Shown here: positions 13,565 to 26,260 of the stretch, piece by piece
Numbering within the stretch: the stretch's first letter is position 1
How the letters are laid out: every line of letters starts with the position of its first letter
Source: Lama glama
Taxonomy: Eukaryota
Length of the DNA: 64,000 bases
Direction: 5' to 3'
NCBI GenBank assembly: GCA_028534125.1
Contig: CM052816.1
Span: forward strand, 90,150,001-90,214,000
Translations under genes and position numbers: made by a program
Notes under the pieces: model-generated
What the model was told of the DNA's origin: nothing
Seen by the model: only the letters and a program-made list of their open reading frames with translations
Databases searched by the model: none

Positions 13565-13826
13565 TTTTAAATTGAAGTATAGTCAATTTACAATGTTGTG
13601 TCAATTTCTGGTGTACAGCATAATAGTTCAGTCATATGTATACATATATATTCATTTTCATATTTTTATTATAGGTTGCTGCAAAATATTGAATATAGTT
13701 CCCTATGCTATACAATATAAACTTGTAGAAAACAAATTTATGGTTACTAGGAGAGAGGGGGATAAGAAGGGATAAACTGAGAGTTCGAGATTTGCAGATA
13801 CTAAGTACTACATATAAAATAGATAA
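13565..13826 (-). mobile_element. Short L1 3' end with 5' inversion (twin priming)
   Basis: Poly-T plus antisense 3' UTR to 13726, then sense 3' UTR 13727-13826; TSD TTTATACACTTTT (13552-13564) / TTTATATACTTTT (13827-13839). Confidence 0.88.
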
Positions 13827-14229
13827 TTTATATACTTTTATCACCAAAAATATCTCAATTTGAAATATCCAATTTCTCTTATCATTCTAACGTGCTTGTT
13901 CTTATATCTACATATTAACAGTGTTTTCACCTCATCAAAATTTCTAATCAATCAATTCTATCAATTTCTTCCTATCAGTAGCCTTATCTTATTTTCATGT
14001 GTCTCCCTTCCCAGTTTATATTTCATGCTCAATTATTATAATTGCTGTCCTGAAAACATCCCAGTAAAAAAAAAAATCAACCCTGAATGAGACCAAATAT
14101 CATCCTTTTCCTTTACTGCATGAGAGCATCCGAACATTTCTAAAGAAAATTATACCTGAGCAGTTTCACTTTAAATGCTTGATCAAAAACATTAAGAGTT
14201 TCAACAGTTCTTGGAAATGGTTTGTTTTT

Positions 14230-15790
14230 CTTAAGTGTTCTCGCCTTCATTCTCCTTAAAAATTCTACATTTACCCTACCACCTCCTCGACACACAGGCA
14301 TTCAGTTAACAAACTGTTTATTTCCAGTACCTTTCATTACAACAGTATGCATCCATTCCCTTAAGCTTGGTCGATAACCCCTTTCAGGGTCTGGATCCCA
14401 TCTTCTATAACTTTCTCAAGGATTTTGCTCTCTTGCAGTTATCTCGTTTTCTTTGAACTACATTGTTAATCTCTTTCTTTTCTGGACTATTCCTTTTGAA
14501 ACCAAATATAATCTACTGTATCTTATTCTAGGAATATCCTCTCATAACACCATACCTTCCTTCCAGCATCTTTTGTATTTCAAAACTGATCTGAACAAAA
14601 GAGTTGTCTATACACAAAATCTCCAATTTCTCATTTCCCACTCACTCTTAAATACAACTGCCACACAAACTCTTACAGCAGAAGTCTAGGAGAGTGAATC
14701 AGGACCTCCAGGCATCTCCATGCTTCTCCATGATCTGTATGTTCCATATGCAGGAGAATTTTGTAGTTTTTCTCACTTTCCTTTTCTTCTCAGTAACCTT
14801 TGAAAATATTGAACACTTCTTCTTGGAATCTTCTGTCTTGACTTTCATGATGCCACATTTTCCTAGTTTTCCTTCTCCCTTACTGTCCCTTCCTTAGTTA
14901 GTTTTTTTTTTTTTTTCCACTTGCTTCTCATTCTTGGGCCAATATCTAAATTTGGAGTTCCTCAGCATTTAGTCTTATGTCCTCTCATAATTTCTCTGGC
15001 ATGCTCACCCTGTGGCCCCATTCATTCACACAGCATCAGCTCCCATTATATCTTTATGACTCTCAGATTTAACGTACCCAACCTGGACATTTCGATGAGA
15101 TTCAGATTGATATACCCAACCCCTTTTGTCATTTCTACCAAATTGCCTTACAGATACTTCAACCCCATTATGTCCAAACAAAGCCCTTGAATTCCCCCTT
15201 AAATCCTAGTAATATCTCACTTTTTACCACCTGGTTTACATGATTATCCAGGGAACTACTCAACCCAGAAGCCTTAGGGCCATCTTATTCCACTCTTTCC
15301 TTTACTCAAATAGCTCCTCTATCAGCAAGCCCTGTTAATTCCTTCTCTACCACATATCTGGACTCTCTGATTTTTCATGGCTCTACTGTCATCTTCCCAG
15401 GTCACAATCTCACCTCTCCCCAGCCCTGAAATAGCCTCTTTATTAATGTGCATGGTTCCACTCTCGTTCCCCTCTTAATCTACTTTCCTTCCAATATCAA
15501 AGTGGTGCTTTGAACATATATCAGATATTGCTGTTCTAATATTTAAAAAACCTTCTTTAACTTATTATTCCTCTAGGGTGGAATTAAAACTATTTTATAA
15601 GGCTCTGTTTAAACTGGGCCTAGCTTATATTCCAGCCTATCTGGTTATATTACTGCCCAGCTCACTTTACTCCTGATGGGCTGTCTTTTTATCAGCTCTG
15701 TATCAATGATCAGTTCTTTCCCAACTTAAGACCTCTGCTTAATTTCCTCACCCTCTCTTTTCCTTCAGGTCTCAGTTTAGATTTCACTTA
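14230..15790 (+). mobile_element. L2 fragments (degenerate RT region to 3' UTR)
   Basis: Pyrimidine-rich sequence with L2 motifs, e.g. CTCAGTAACCTTTGAAAATATTGAACACTTCTTCTTGGAA and TCCTTCAGGTCTCAGTTTAGATTTCAC. Confidence 0.7.
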
Positions 15791-16459
15791 CTTAGAAGAA
15801 GCAATGCAAATGAATTGTCATATGCTGTTAAACATTCATTCAGTGATCCGGTTGGAATGATTGGTTCCATGACCTGAATAAGAAATAGATTTCTTAACTA
15901 AAATTGTGGCGTTGTTGGCTCATTCATCAATGCTGTGCCTTAAGACTCAACATAACAACTTTGCTTCCTGGTAGAAACTGCTTGAAGCCTCTTTTTGTGC
16001 ATCCCTTTGGTAATATAGTCATTTGAAACCCATTGCCAACATGAGCACTGACAGAATTCAGAGATAAGGCCATTCTAGGTGAAATTATGTCATAGTAGTC
16101 TGGATCATCTACGTGACTGCCTTTTAACTCAATGCATAGAATTTGCAGACCTCTTGAAATATATCTCAGAATATGCCAGTATTTTAATTTTTTTGATATG
16201 TCAGCGAAAAAAAAAAAAAGGAAGGAAACTACCTGGCCACTAAGTTTCTGCCAGATCCTAGCAGATGAGATCTGCCTCAGCATTTGGATCTTACATAATC
16301 AAGGAAAAGGAATCTGCTTTTACATGCACTAACTCAAAAGCTATTATTTGGTAAATAAGTGAAATACTACATCTTTTCCACAGAATTTCAAATTTGAGGG
16401 GATGTACAAGGTGAGAGTGTATCTTTGCCAGTATTAAGCGTAATTTCAATGTACCAGAT

Positions 16460-16504
16460 AGAGAGGAAGGAAGGAAGGAAGGAAGGAAAAGAAAGAAAGA
16501 AGGA

Positions 16505-16578
<74 letters not shown>

Positions 16579-16715
16579 AAGAAAGAGAGGAAGAAAGAAG
16601 GAAGAAAGGAAGGAAGAAAGGAAGGAAGGAAGGAAGGAAGTAAAGAAAGAAAGGGAAGGAAGGAAAGAAAGAAAGAAAAGAAAAGAAGGAAAGAAAAGAA
16701 AAGAAGGGAAAAAAA
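16460..16715 (+). repeat. Compound purine microsatellite (GGAA)n/(GAAA)16/(GA)n
   Basis: 256 bp of purines with a single T at 16641; perfect (GAAA)16 at 16503-16566. Confidence 0.97.
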
Positions 16716-17459
16716 TCAACAGTGAAAGACCTGGAGTCAGAAAAGATGTTTAGTTGAACGAGAGTTTGCTCCATCTTTTATTTTCCGATGGTTAATCTCC
16801 AAAGGCAGTGGCAGATAATGTGAGTAGTGAGTGCTACAGGAGGAAAGCAGAGCTTTAAGCATTTAATTCAGTGATAGAGGAAGAGACTAGGACAAAGTGA
16901 CTCAGTCATTTTGACAGAGCTACTCAAAGCATGCCAGGAACACGGCATTGCCTGGGAAGGATAGAGGTGGGAGGAGAAACTGATGATGCAATAGAAACAC
17001 CACATGAGCTGTCATTCCAGCTTTCCTGGCGAGGGATATAGAGTCAATTTGATTAGATTTTAGAGAAACTATCCAGAAAAAACAGGAGGCTATGAACTTG
17101 ACAGAGTGTTATCACTCACTACCTAAATCTCACAGAAATGTTGAGGCTGAATAGAAAAAAAATAACATATTTATTAAAATGATCACTAAGGTGCCAGAGA
17201 AGTTTCACATAAATAGGCTATTATCAGTTTCCACCCACTAGCCTCTCTTCATCCTTTGGTCAGCTCCTGTAGTAAGCTATATTTCCTCATTTCAAAAATG
17301 TGACAAATTGTTTCCCAGAGTGCTACATGCATTGCACAGAAAATGTCATTAAAATCAAATATTTCAGATAACAAACATAGTGGGACAAAAGGGGTCTGGG
17401 AGAGTCAGGAGTACAGCCGGATAAAAGAAAAATGGCAGTTCAACAGAAGTGAATTCAGC

Positions 17460-17900
17460 AGGAGACACTGTTTACAGTTTTAACGGGGAATAAGGCCACA
17501 GAGATAAGCTAGAAATCAGAATGAAGACATTTTGCTACTATTTCATAATGAACAATGATAACCAGCTGCTGTTTACAACATATTTGATTCTACTAAAATC
17601 AGTCAATTTGTCATTACCTCTGACGTTTATTTAGCCTTTGCCTGTGGCGGCGTGGCGCGTGATGGCACACTGTTTCGTTTTGTTTATTCTGTGATTTGGT
17701 ATCATTAGACATCTGAGCGTTAGATGTTATTCAGATGATAGTTATGGAATATTGCAATTAATTGTAAATGGATTTGGGAACGGGAACTGCCTCACTACCA
17801 TAGCTTTCTCAAATGGCATCTATAATAAATAACAATTTCCCCCGAATTGTAACTAATTAGCGTGGAGCAAGATGCTAAAATGCTCAAGAGGAAAAACACT
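17460..17900. promoter_or_regulatory. Candidate non-repetitive enhancer
   Basis: FOX TGTTTAC at 17469 and 17570, SOX AACAAT at 17551 and 17831, E-box CAGCTG at 17563, CAATTAATTG at 17755, TAATTA at 17854, CpG patch near 17645-17660. Based on motifs only. Confidence 0.35.
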
Positions 17901-19645
17901 AGCAAGATGTTAGTTCTATAGCAAAATGGGTATTCGGTTTTTTCATGTGTTCTACTGAATATTCCACTGAACAGTTAATTTTTAAAAGCAATCGATGCCT
18001 GAAAGTGTGAGCCTGTGGTATAGCCACTCAGATCTGAGCTCCTTTTGGTTACCAAGGAAACCATCTCATGGACGTTCACATAATTAAACTGTAGACAGTG
18101 GGAGGAAACACCATAAATATAGGGACAGACTCACTTGATTCTTTTATTTCTATGAGAAAAACTCTCCCTATGACCATACATGCACTAAAAAAATACAGAA
18201 ATATGAGAGGGATACTGTGTCCATGACAGACATAAGCAGGGTAATACTACGTACGTTTACCCAGAATGTGAGATTTAACAACGGGAATGTCACTAACATT
18301 GCTCAAGTTTTCAATGTTAGAGAGATGAGCACCAGGAAAGCTTATTTTCATTGGAATTACAATGATACTTTCATCTTAGATATTCCCCCAAACAAATAGA
18401 GATCATTTTTGTCTTGCACAGCTTGGCAACATTCCCTGTCAAAAAAGATCAGGAGTATTGTTAGGTTATATCCTCAGATTTTTGTCTGATTGGCTGTAAG
18501 TAGTGATCTCAGGCTTTATTAGGTCCACAAATATTTCTGAGTTCTGAAAATTATCAATCATTTAAATACAACTCAAAGAAAATGAAACGAAAACAATTTC
18601 TTTAAAAACCTGCCTTTTAAGCATTAGAATACCAACTCCATGAGTTGATGTTTTAGTCCTGTTTTCAATGATTTCCTGGCATTAGGTACAGACCTTAGCC
18701 TATTTTACCCATCAGCAAAATGGCTCCTTTTGCTCTGGCTGTCTTGCCACACTTCCCCTTCCTTTGTGCACATGGGCCTCTGGCTTCCTCCGCAGCACTT
18801 GCTCCCCTGGGGGCACAGGTATGAGTCTCTATCCAGGCTGACTCTCTATCAGAGAAACATGGAAGTTGATTGGAATCCAGTTCCTGCTGCAAAATTTCGT
18901 GATATTGCCTTATTATCTGTCTCAGCCAATGTCTTTCTTTCAGGGCTTCCTTGAATTCTATCAGCATCTCACCATTCTTCTAGTTTATCCACCTTTTCCC
19001 CCAAATTCACTGCAGTAGGTTTCATTGGAGTTGAGCCAAAGAGTACCAAATGTAACCCAATGTTCTGCTCTGACTATGGCAGCAAAAAACATTTTGTTAT
19101 AATAACACTTACCCTAGCTTCTCAATAATAATTGATGTTAAAAAGAATCCAGTGCTAACTAAATGCCTTAAATGACTTCACTGAATAATCATCATAAATA
19201 TTAATTTAATAATTCATCAATAATCAATGGATAATTTATATAGACTGCCTCATGCAGAGCTAAATAAAATCCTTCATTTAAATTTTAAAGGCTAAACCCT
19301 AGCTCAGGAAGTCTAGCTTTGGAATAAGAAATACACATACAGTCTCTGTTTGTGCTTTATTATATTAAAAGTTAAAATCTCATTCACCCTCAGTGGTGAA
19401 CAGAATGATTGGCCCAGCAAAAATTTCAACATGATTCCTCAAGTAGATTTCAGTGAATGGGAAATGATATCCAAATTTTAAAAATATTTCTAAATCTAGA
19501 AAAAGAAAATGCCAGTTTGTGAGTTGTGTAGTAGATATATGATATACTTAGAATTTAAAATAAGGTGATGTGAACGTCCATTAGAGCTCTTTACAATTTT
19601 AACAAAACAGTGTTGGCATTTTGTAAATATTACCTATGCTCTTAT

Positions 19646-20390
19646 TCACTCATTCATCAAGTATTTATTTAGTGTCATTATGGGCCAGGCATTGCTTCAG
19701 TGCTGAAGATAGAACAATGAACAAAAGGGGCAAACATCCCTGCCTTCATGAAGATTATACTCTGGTTTGAAATACAAACACCTAACAACATTGTAAGAGA
19801 GTGATTGTACATCCATGATAAATACAAAGGGGGCAAAAGCAAGAAAGGACATGCATGTTACACAGAGGACAAGGAAGGCCTGGATGAAAGGGACTTTTGG
19901 TTAAAGAACTGAACTAAGGGAGGAAGAGAGAAGAGCCATGGGGATATTTGATGGAAGAATAAAGAGCATGCATCTTACCACTGCTTGTTTTGTTAAAATC
20001 TTTTCCTAGTGCTGATTATCACAGCCATTTAAAAGAACACTTAGGAGATAAATCCTGAGACAGGATAGCGAGTGCAAAGGCCCTGAGGTAATAAAGAGCT
20101 TGAAGTATTTAAGAGGAAAATGGGTCCAGGTGGGAACTTAGTAAGGATGGCATTTTAAGGAAGCAGAAGGGAGGGTAGAGTCACACCAAGTTGGAAAGGA
20201 AGGAGGTTCCAGTTAGCAATGGGCCTTGGAGTTCTTGTTGGAACACTGTATTGTATTCTAGATGAGCAATCATGCAAAGATTTTTAAAGCAAGGAAGTGA
20301 TGTAATCTGATTAATATTTTCAAAAGGTCACTTTTAATCTTTCAAGAACTGGAAATAAGTGGGTGAAGAAGCAGCACAATTGGTTAGAAA
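19646..20390 (-). mobile_element. L2 3' region
   Basis: TTCACTCATTCATCAAGTATTTATTTAGTGTCATTATGGGCCAGGCATTG (reverse L2 tail) and GCAAAGGCCCTGAGG. Confidence 0.8.
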
Positions 20391-20682
20391 CTGTCCTGTT
20401 TTAAGCTAGATTTGCTCAGTCTCGTGTTGAAAATGTAACCTTGAGAAAAACTGGTCGAGGTGAACTTCTCTTCTGAGAAACAGCTCGTTTTAATTCAGCT
20501 TCATTGGAACAGAGTGAACTTTAACCATGACATCAACAAGTCTGCAGCCTGATGCCAAACCATCATCTATCAAGATAGAGTACATACTTTCCTCAGTTCT
20601 TCACCCTTTTTATTTATTGTCTACCTCCCTTCACCATAATGCAACATACCCCACGAGGGAGAGTACTGATCTATCATATTCA

Positions 20683-21515
20683 TTTTTTTAATTAATAGAT
20701 TTTATTTTTTAGAGCAGTTTTAGGTTTACAGAAAAACTGAGCATAGTACAGAAAGTTCCCCTAATTCCTCCCGCACACATCTTGCATTCGCACGGTACGT
20801 TTGTTACCATGACGAACCAATATTAAATCATTATTATTAACCACAGTACAAAGTTTACATTACATTAGGACTCACTCTTTGTGTTGCACAGTCTCTGAGT
20901 TTTAACATATGCAGAAAGGCATGTTTCCACCATAGCAATATAATACAGAAACATTACATTATGCTATGTTCCATCTCTCCATCCCTCTTCCTCCTCCCAG
21001 TCCTCTACCATTTTTAACTCTTCATAGATTTGCCTTTACCAGAATGTAAAATCACACAGTATGTAACTTTTTTCAGATAAGCTTCTTTCACTTACCAATA
21101 TGCACTTAAGTTTCCTTGTGTCTTTGCATAACTTAGCTCATTTATTTTTATCACTGGAAAAGATTTCACCGTATGGATGTACCACAGTCTTTATCCCTTC
21201 ATCTATTGAAGGACATCTTAGTTGCTTCCAAGTTTTGGTAATTATCAGTAAAGTTGCTATACACATTTGTGTGCAGTTTCTGTGTGAACATAAATTTTCA
21301 ACTTCCTTGGGTAAATACCAAGAAGTACAATTGCTGGATAATATGATGGGGGTATATTTATTTCTATGATAAACTACCAAACATCTTCCAGAGGTGTTAT
21401 GCATTCCTACCTGCAATGAATGAGTATACCTGCTGCTTCACATCGTTCCCAGTTTTGAAGTTGCCCTATTTTTGATTTTAGCTATTCTATTAGTAGAGAT
21501 GATATCTCATCCTTG
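20683..21515 (-). mobile_element. L1MC-like 3' UTR and ORF2 end
   Basis: TTTTTTAGAGCAGTTTTAGGTTTACAGAAAAACTGAGC; minus ORF 21138-21416 gives L1-like CTQMCIATLLIITKTWKQLRCPSIDE. Confidence 0.85.
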
Positions 21516-21573
21516 TTTCCGTACTTACTTCTAAATTCCCAGTATCTGGAATAATGTCTGACAGAGAAAGATA

Positions 21574-21662
21574 TGTGTGTGGTTCGTGTGTGTGTGTGTG
21601 TGTGTGTCAGACAAATACAGAGAGAGACAGAGACAGAGACAGAGACAGAGACAGAGACAGAA
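21574..21662. repeat. (TG)n followed by (GAGACA)n microsatellite
   Basis: Directly visible tandem units. Confidence 0.95.
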
Positions 21663-23039
21663 AATGAGAAGAGGAATCAACCTAAAAACTATCAGAATCA
21701 ATAATGAGAAAATTCAAATGTGTTGCACACAAATCAGTAGGATTTAGTATAAACATCAGGGTACAATAAATCATATTACCAAGGATTTGGACACAAAATA
21801 TGTAATTGTACTAAGGAGAATAAAATAGTAATTGAATAAATGGATAAGCATATAGAGTTTTTAGATAGGACAACCCAAAATTTTAGAGAATTATCCAAAG
21901 ATTTTCAAAAGATAAATTTTACCTTAATAAAAATCCCCCAAAGTTCATTTTTCTTCTTACATTGACTTAGTGATTAGAATCAATAGTAAGAATATATCAA
22001 AGAAAGACTAGACTAATGAATTCTGCAAATCAGTTGCTCTACACCAAGTAATATTGCCTCCCTTGAAGGGAAAATATCTTAATCTCAACTCTCTCATTAC
22101 CTTTTCCTCCAAGCCTGTCTCTTCCACACCATCTAAATACACCCTCACTTTCTACTCATTTCTGAAGCATCTTGTTGCCATTAAAATCATTTTGCCCCAA
22201 ATACCCTTTTATTGAAGTTGCAATTATTTAGCTCCATTCAGTTCAATTTTAAAAAAGTTATCTTTCGTACAAAACACTCCGCATATAAAAGACTTGTCTG
22301 ATAACTTACACTCACAGAGGAGTCTTTTCCCTAGCAGATGAGAAGAGAAACTCACTAGCATAGAGACCGTTTTGAACCTTCTTTGTCCCAGATCAGCTAA
22401 ATGTTTTTGTCTCTGTCATATGATTTGATATTCACAATAAACCATTATCTCGGTTAATCTCTGTAATAATGCTAGTTTTTAATACCTCCATTTTCTATAT
22501 AAAATCCATGCATTTAGAGTTAAAGTTGCACAGAAGAGCACATACTGTAAAGTATTACAAAGTCTGAGATCAGGTTTATGATCAATACTGACATCTTTTA
22601 GGAAAACAGTTCATTTAGAGATGCCATGAAATACACAGGCATGAGCTTGCTTTGGACGTGAGCCTTTTCATGAACTTCCCCAACGCTGCCTCCATGTATA
22701 GACTATTTTGTTAATCAAGGGCAGAAAATCCATTCGTAGAAATCATCTCTCAAGAAGTTATGTATTAGAATGATTTGCCTTCCAGGGGTCCTTTCATACA
22801 ATTCCAGTAAAAGGAAGATGTCACACTGCCAAAGCCTCGACTGGGCCGCATAAGCCCAAGACCAGCTGCTTCTACTTTCTTGTTTTGCATCTGTGTCTAA
22901 TGATCCACGCCTGACTTTGATGCAGTCATTGGCAAGTTAATGTTTCTCCAAATCCAGGGTTTAACCCAAGAATAAAGTTTCAGGATTTGTATTTTTAAGA
23001 ACTTGACCCACTTCCCCCACTTAAACCTCCTTACCTCTC

Positions 23040-23090
23040 TTGACGTAACTACGTGTGACTCAGCATTTCCCTAGTACTGACGTACGTCGT
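23040..23090. promoter_or_regulatory. Dense bZIP/HIF motif cluster (CRE-like, HRE core, ARE/AP-1, CRE half-site)
   Basis: TGACGTAA 23041, TACGTG 23050, GTGACTCAGCA 23055-23065, TGACGTAC 23078; five CpGs within 50 bp. Confidence 0.45.
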
Positions 23091-26000
23091 TTGTTCAGGT
23101 AATTCACACGCCATCTATCCTACATTTGTTCCATTTGTTCCTCAACACTGAAAGACACTTATAAAATTATTCTTATGGTAGTTTATCCTGTTAAATCTAC
23201 TCTGATAGGCAATGTTTCATGACTATGGTCTTTTATCCTCACTTAGACTTCATATCATCTGTAAATGGGGTATCATCTCACCCATTTATTCCCTCAGGAA
23301 ACTTATTGAAAGCCTAGATTTTTTCAGACACTGGAAGGAACTAGAGATTAAGAGGGATATGAATATTATTCCCAAATTCATGTCACGATGAAGAAGAAAA
23401 TATGAGTAATAATAATCATAATCATAAAATTAAAACAATAACCATCATTTCTTGCATCTACTATGTTTCAGGTACGTGGTAGAGGCTAGAATTCCAACAC
23501 TAATTTTCCAGCATCCAAAGGTGGTTCCTCAACTCCTCTAGGCTTTGTTTATTATTCAGTAAACAGTGAGAAGGTGAAAGCTGCGTGTTCAGGACACCTG
23601 GGAGGGGCCTGTCAAGAAGGGGGCAGGGAGAAATTGAGGACTTTAAGGGAAGGTTCTCATATGTGCAGAGTATATTTTAGATCTATTTTTTTCTCAGTGA
23701 TTTCTGCACATTCTTTTTAATCTATCTCAATTATGTTTTTATTACATTGCACTTTCCTTTTAACATAAAATGCAATGTTATACATTAAAAAATTACTATA
23801 AAATATTGACTAAAACAAGATCTTCAGAATGCCACTGCAAATCTCTCTATTGTTGCTATTTAGAAATTATTATCTTTAATTGCAATTATTGACTACAGTC
23901 CCAACCATACAGCTGTCTTTATCACTCTGCTATATGTGTAAGATATATATGATATATATGAGACCTGTCAAATCATTTGCTTTCATCTCTGACATTCCTT
24001 AAGTCTGTCGGTCTCATAAAAGAAAATTTAAGTTCTCAGTGATTATTATCTTCTTATTTTACTCCTATACAAATATTTCTTCACAAATGCTTAGAATTCA
24101 ATTTCTATGAGGTTTTCTGTGTTTGAGTCAATGCTACAATCTCGTACTTAGGAGAGTGTCTGGCACAAGGCAGGTGCTCACCTAATGGTTGTTGAAATAA
24201 ACGAAGCAATGATCACTTGCCTGCATTAAATTTATTCTGGAATAAAGATGGTACTTGATCTCAGGGCACTGAAATGCATCTGCTGGTTCATTTTGAAAAT
24301 TAGAATTGCTTGTGTTCTAGAAGGTTCTGGTTCAGAAAAATCAAAGAGGTAATCTCACACTTGAATTGCAAATGATATAAAAGCATAGTAGGCAAGACAA
24401 GCCCTGTATAGGAAGACCATGGACTAATAGGCAAGCCAAGAAAATCCCGAGCTTTCTTCTTGCCACTGACTGTGAGCCCAAACCCAGTAGCAATGATACT
24501 TTATTCCTCCCTAGTTTGTCCACATAGGCACATCAAATTTGGACTCAGCCTCTAAACATTTAAAGCAAAGCTCTTTATTATGGTGAAGTGAAAAAGAAAG
24601 CATATCGAATCAAAAGCCCACCGCCAATCTACTTTTTCCTGCGTTTTTAATCCACGTTAATGGAATGTCCAGTCCTACTGTTTGTGGCTGACACTAGACT
24701 ACACATCGTAGCTTCTCTGAGATCTTGCTTCATTTACTGTTTAAGGAAGTCAGAGAGTCCAGTGTCTTAAACGATCATCTGAACAAGGAATACATGCATT
24801 CAACCATTCCAATCTGTAGCAAGGGCTCAACTTTTGTATTGCATTATCTGAAGTAGAGTTTATTTCTCACTGATCCATTGCTCTAAAAGTTCCTGTTATG
24901 AAAATGAGTCTTTCATTTTAGTAAAATTGACTCTGCTAACATTGGGCGTTAACACATTTTTCAGGAAATGTGGACAAAATAAGAATATTATTTTCACAAG
25001 AGAGTGTTTAGAGAAATGACATTTGCACTTCCTAGCTCATTTCTAATGGAGGATAATCTCATAAAGAACTCTCTATGTATTTTTCTACTTGCAAGTGTCC
25101 TTCTAATTTGCAAAATCTTTAAAAACGTATGTATAGTGTTTGGCATTCATATTTTCAGGTCCTGTCTGTAATGAAGAATGTAGTTAATCAGGGCCAGTGG
25201 AACAAATTAGGTTCTCACACAACCACTTCAAGGCGTCCAGGCTCTTGTTCAGAATATTTAACTTCCTTTTTAAATCTGAAAAATCTTTCCTTCAAAAAGA
25301 AAACGAAGGACAATATGAGCTAAAGATTTCTTCCTCTCTCTCAAGCAGCATGTCATAGTATTGGTTTGGAATGCCCCTTTTAAAACTCTTTAAAATGTTT
25401 TTTATTTCAGTAGCCTTTAAAAGTCTTTTTCACCCCCAAGTAATTTTAAAAACATTAAATCATTTAAAAATTCAGTATTCCTAAAACACTTTTGTAGATA
25501 CATACCATGATATTTTTTTCTTGGCTTGGAGTCCAGTTTTATATATTTTAGATGGAAGCATCCACCTATGAACTAGTTTATCTCAGTCCCTGGAAGCTTT
25601 CTGGAGACTCCTTTCCCATCTCAGTGAACTTTTCACTCCTAAATTGTCGCTATAATGATACATTCTAATCTCTTCCAGGAAATGAATTCTGACAGTCTGC
25701 CACAGGCACTGAGATTGTAAACATTATTAGTCAATATCTCATTTGAAATGTTTTGTTATACTAAGCCTTCACCAAAAATTTTTAAAAAAGCATTATTTGG
25801 AAAAGACAATAAGTTAATGAAGTCAGAGAAAAAAAGTAATAATTATTAACTTAAATTATATATATTATAACCAAAGCAGCTGCTTGAAAAAAACATTTTA
25901 TAAAACTTTACAAACACTTAGTTTATTTTTTAATACATCTCTTAGTCTCTTTGGATGGTTATAAATATAGTTTTGTAACTAATACTACAAACTCAGAGGG

Positions 26001-26260
26001 TCACCTTGACAGAGTTGAGAGCTTTGATGTTTAATGAAACATTTTGATATCGGCATCTCTAACTATTGACCTTACTACTTGTGTACCTGTCTCCAAGCAA
26101 TCTGAACTTCATTTTCTTCATCTATAATACATACCTCACAAAGTGCCCATAAACATGGAAATTTACACTTTTAAGTATCAGTGTGTCTTTTTGTATTCAG
26201 CTTCACTTATCAATTAGCTGTTTTTGCCTTTGCTTTTATTTTCCTTATACATTTTAGAAT

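Noticed and set aside
16291..16774. Long ORFs of 142, 128 and 72 aa (F/S/L-rich or K/E/R-rich)
   Set aside because: Translations of the GAAA/GGAA microsatellite.
18695..18967. 90-aa minus-strand ORF with a helical-looking N-terminus (MLIEFKEALKERHWLRQII)
   Set aside because: No recognised homology, splice context or promoter; the length is compatible with chance.
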